Below are positions 61,326 through 64,000 of a stretch of DNA of 64,000 nucleotides, piece by piece (position 1 is the first letter of the stretch; each line of letters starts with the position of its first letter). Position numbers and translations under genes: made by a program. A model generated the notes under the pieces. It saw only the letters and a list, made by a program, of their open reading frames with translations. It had not been told where the DNA came from and made no database searches. This DNA comes from Octopus sinensis (taxonomy: Eukaryota), in the NCBI RefSeq assembly GCF_006345805.1, contig NC_043000.1:3224001-3288000 (forward strand), in the 5' to 3' direction.

Positions 61326-61735
61326 ATATCTAACATTAATTCCATCGCCTGTATGAATGCACATAAGCCTATGTTATCATAATATAACAATATTATAAAA
61401 ATAGCATGACCTAATGAGGGTATCTTTACATAGCCACTGACTGTCAAAAGTAGTAGCCATACCTCTATCAAACTACACCAATACTGTCTTATTAAAAGAG
61501 GACACATAAAATTATGTAGTCATAAATAGTCATTAAAGGACATGATAGTAGGGTTGGATTAAGACCCATGAAGGTCCTAAGCACATAAAAGATTTTGGCC
61601 CCTCCCCCCCATACATCTAATTCAAAATAAAAACAATAATAGACCATAAAATAAATTTTTATATTTCAAAATGAAACAAAACAGTAAGATGGAAAATAAT
61701 GTTTATTTTTTAATAATATACATATATATATACAT

Positions 61736-61799
<64 letters not shown>

Positions 61800-61800
<1 letters not shown>

Positions 61801-61955
61801 ATGACAGGCTTCTTTCAGTTTCTATCTACCAAATCCACTCATAAGACTTTGTCAGCCTGGGCTTATAGTAGGAGACACTTGCCCAAAGTGTCACACAGTG
61901 GGACTGAACCTGGAACCACGTGGTTGGTAAGCAAGCTACTTACCACACAGCCACT
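61800..61955 (-). mobile_element. SINE-B head half after (TA)n
   Basis: gacaggcttctttcagttt...ttaccacacagccactc. Confidence 0.8.
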
Positions 61956-62638
61956 CTTGGTCATTTTTTTTCTTTTTGCCAAATAAACACACACCCTATA
62001 TATTTGATCTTCACTCATTTATTACTGTTCTCATTTTAACTCATGCCCCTTGTCTACAAATCCTTCATCACACATCTGTGACCTCCTCAGCAACACTTTC
62101 CGTCTTCATGTGTACTCTTGCTCTGCTTATTTCATTATGTTCTTCTATGATGTATATCCTTATATGCACATGTACGTGTGTGTGTGTGTCATTGATAATG
62201 ACATACACACACACACACACAAACACAGACGTATGCAGATAAGGGGATACACATCACAGAAGAACAGAATAGAATAAGTGGCGCAAGAGCACATACAAAG
62301 ATGGAAAGTGTAACTGAGAAGGTCATAGACATATGATGAAAGATTTCCAGACAATGGACTTTAGTTAGAATAAGAAAAGTATTAAATGAGTGAAGAACAA
62401 ATATACAGTGTGCGTGTTTATTTGGCAAAAAAAACCAAAACAATTACCATCCCGAAATACAACAATATCTATTTCAACACATAACTTCATACCAGGAATC
62501 TTGCAACAAAAATTCATAGACTTATATCATTTTAGCAAGCTTTATGTTATTTTAGCAAGCTTAAAGTGATTTCATTTGTGCCACTTCTGTAGTTCTCCCT
62601 TTCCTTTGATGCCCTAAGCACACATTTATTTTGCTTAA

Positions 62639-62859
62639 CCCTTTAGCAATTAAACCGGCCATATCCGGCCAAAAGTATTCTGCTTGTTTTATGGTCAAAC
62701 TGGCCAGATCTGGTCTCTCACACCAACCCTACAATATCATCTTAAAAATTAACAGCTACCTCATCAAAATCTCATAACTACAAGATAATGCACGATTAAT
62801 TCAAAACAATTTGGATAAAAAGGGATTAATTTTGGCAGAATGATGTGAACACTAAAGGG
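62639..62859. mobile_element. piggyBac MITE subfamily 2
   Basis: TTAA|ccctttagc ... actaaaggg|TTAA. Confidence 0.85.
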
Positions 62860-63389
62860 TTAATGGTTAATCTATTGCTGCATGATAGTCATGGATGGAA
62901 AGACTTTGATCATAGATCTGCTCTGTCAACATCACTTTCTTAAGCTCTTCACACCGTATAGAGCATAGACCATTTATGACATTTTTTCATTGTTCTTGAC
63001 TCCAGGCTGTCTTTTCTGCTTCTCTTCTGTTGGATCTCTGATCTTTCAATTCTGGTTCTTAAACTGACAGACTGATAAGTTTCCAGCTGATAAGAGAGAA
63101 GGCCTTCTTCTGACAGGTCTTGGTTTTGAATTGTCATTTATGCTTTTGTAACTTTGCTTTTTTTTTTCTAGGTAGGGTGTTCGCCCAATGCAAACCCATT
63201 TTTACTTCTGGAAAGTGGCAGTCCATATTTGCTGGCCTCTATTTTTTTCACCTGTCTAGCATGGCAGGCCCTACCAGGAGTTTATGTGTCACTGGCATAG
63301 CTCTCAAGGTCATAGAGGCACACAAGCTACCACACTGCAACAAGGGCTGAACCTTGAGTCAGCCTATCAACCTTGACCTAGGGCTAAAC

Positions 63390-63735
63390 AACAGGGTAAA
63401 GCACCCTTTTGGTCATGAATGACCATGGGATTACACTTAGAAAGTTCCCCTCCAAGGCACAAATCTGGACAAGGTTGTTTTATGGAAGACCAATAGTCAA
63501 CCATGCATACTAGCCTCTCCTCTCCATGTCACCAATGTTATCCAAAGGAAAGGCAAAGGCTGATACAGCTTGAAACCAATGATGTCACAACTTATTTCTA
63601 CAACTCAATGAATTGGAGCAATGTGAAATAAAGTGTCTTGCTCAAGAACACAATACACAGCCTGGTTTGGAAACTGAACTTGCTACCTCATGATTTTGAG
63701 CACGATGCTCAAACCAATGAGCCATGCACCTTCAT
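63390..63735 (-). mobile_element. SINE family D (CORE-type), older copy
   Basis: Reverse complement of the 43667 family: aaataaagtgtcttgctcaagaacacaa...tgagccatgcaccttca. Confidence 0.8.
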
Positions 63736-64000
63736 AAACAACAACAACAACAACAACAACATTGTAAGAGCAAAGTAACATAATTTCCTCTCGTTAGCAG
63801 AGCAAAACTATAATTGCTCTCTCTATGAAGAGCAATTTGACTAAATGCTCCTAAGTCTTTCAAATCAATGTTTATTTCTAATATTTTCATTTCTTTTATT
63901 TCTTTACCTTATTCCTTTAAAATATATTTTGGCTAAATTCTATCAAAATAGTTCCCATTATTCTTTCCTCACACTTACCCAGTTACAAAATCAAACACAT

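Noticed and set aside
77-61382. Recurring MDGSTGVCEA/MLFTCH/MLGGQTH-type ORFs as a multigene family
   Set aside because: They are incidental translations of RTE 3'UTR and SINE copies, mostly antisense.
62949-63250. Charged minus-strand ORF as an upstream exon
   Set aside because: The frames are interrupted and there are no splice signals; more likely a decayed TE fragment.

Overview
This is repeat-dominated, AT-rich eukaryotic DNA, most likely a coleoid cephalopod (Octopus-like). That assignment is inferred from the tRNA-derived SINE families and microsatellite style, not from a database search. There are no prokaryotic features, and no CRISPR, rRNA or true tRNA gene. Almost all long ORFs in the supplied track are artefacts of tandem repeats and microsatellites. 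Host coding sequence appears as two groups of minus-strand, phase-compatible GT-AG exons that I could not identify. Gene A is 25577-25389, 22722-22435 and terminal 14690-14508, encoding an S/T/Q-rich disordered C-terminus with LC8-type motifs. Gene B is 53708-53558, 50345-50208 and a putative terminal exon 48594-48515. The rest is mobile DNA: about 20 RTE-LINE 3' ends with a 58-61 bp tandem unit (expanded to ~20 copies at 8.9-10.1 kb) and four tRNA-derived SINE groups (my labels B-E). It also holds three R4/Dong-like RLE LINE fragments in (TAA)n, two L1/Tx1 remnants, a CR1/L2-type 3' end, Penelope-like remnants, a Tc1/mariner remnant, and piggyBac, hAT and Helitron non-autonomous elements. The most notable signals are (i) a recurrent set of long fold-back palindromes, three of them in or beside the central (TA)n of SINE-B, (ii) a covarying pseudoknot-like motif in the RTE 3'UTR repeat unit, (iii) local inverted and direct duplications that date nested insertions, and (iv) SINE/LINE tail sharing and tail swapping. 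I found no clear evidence of a wholly new system; these are leads.
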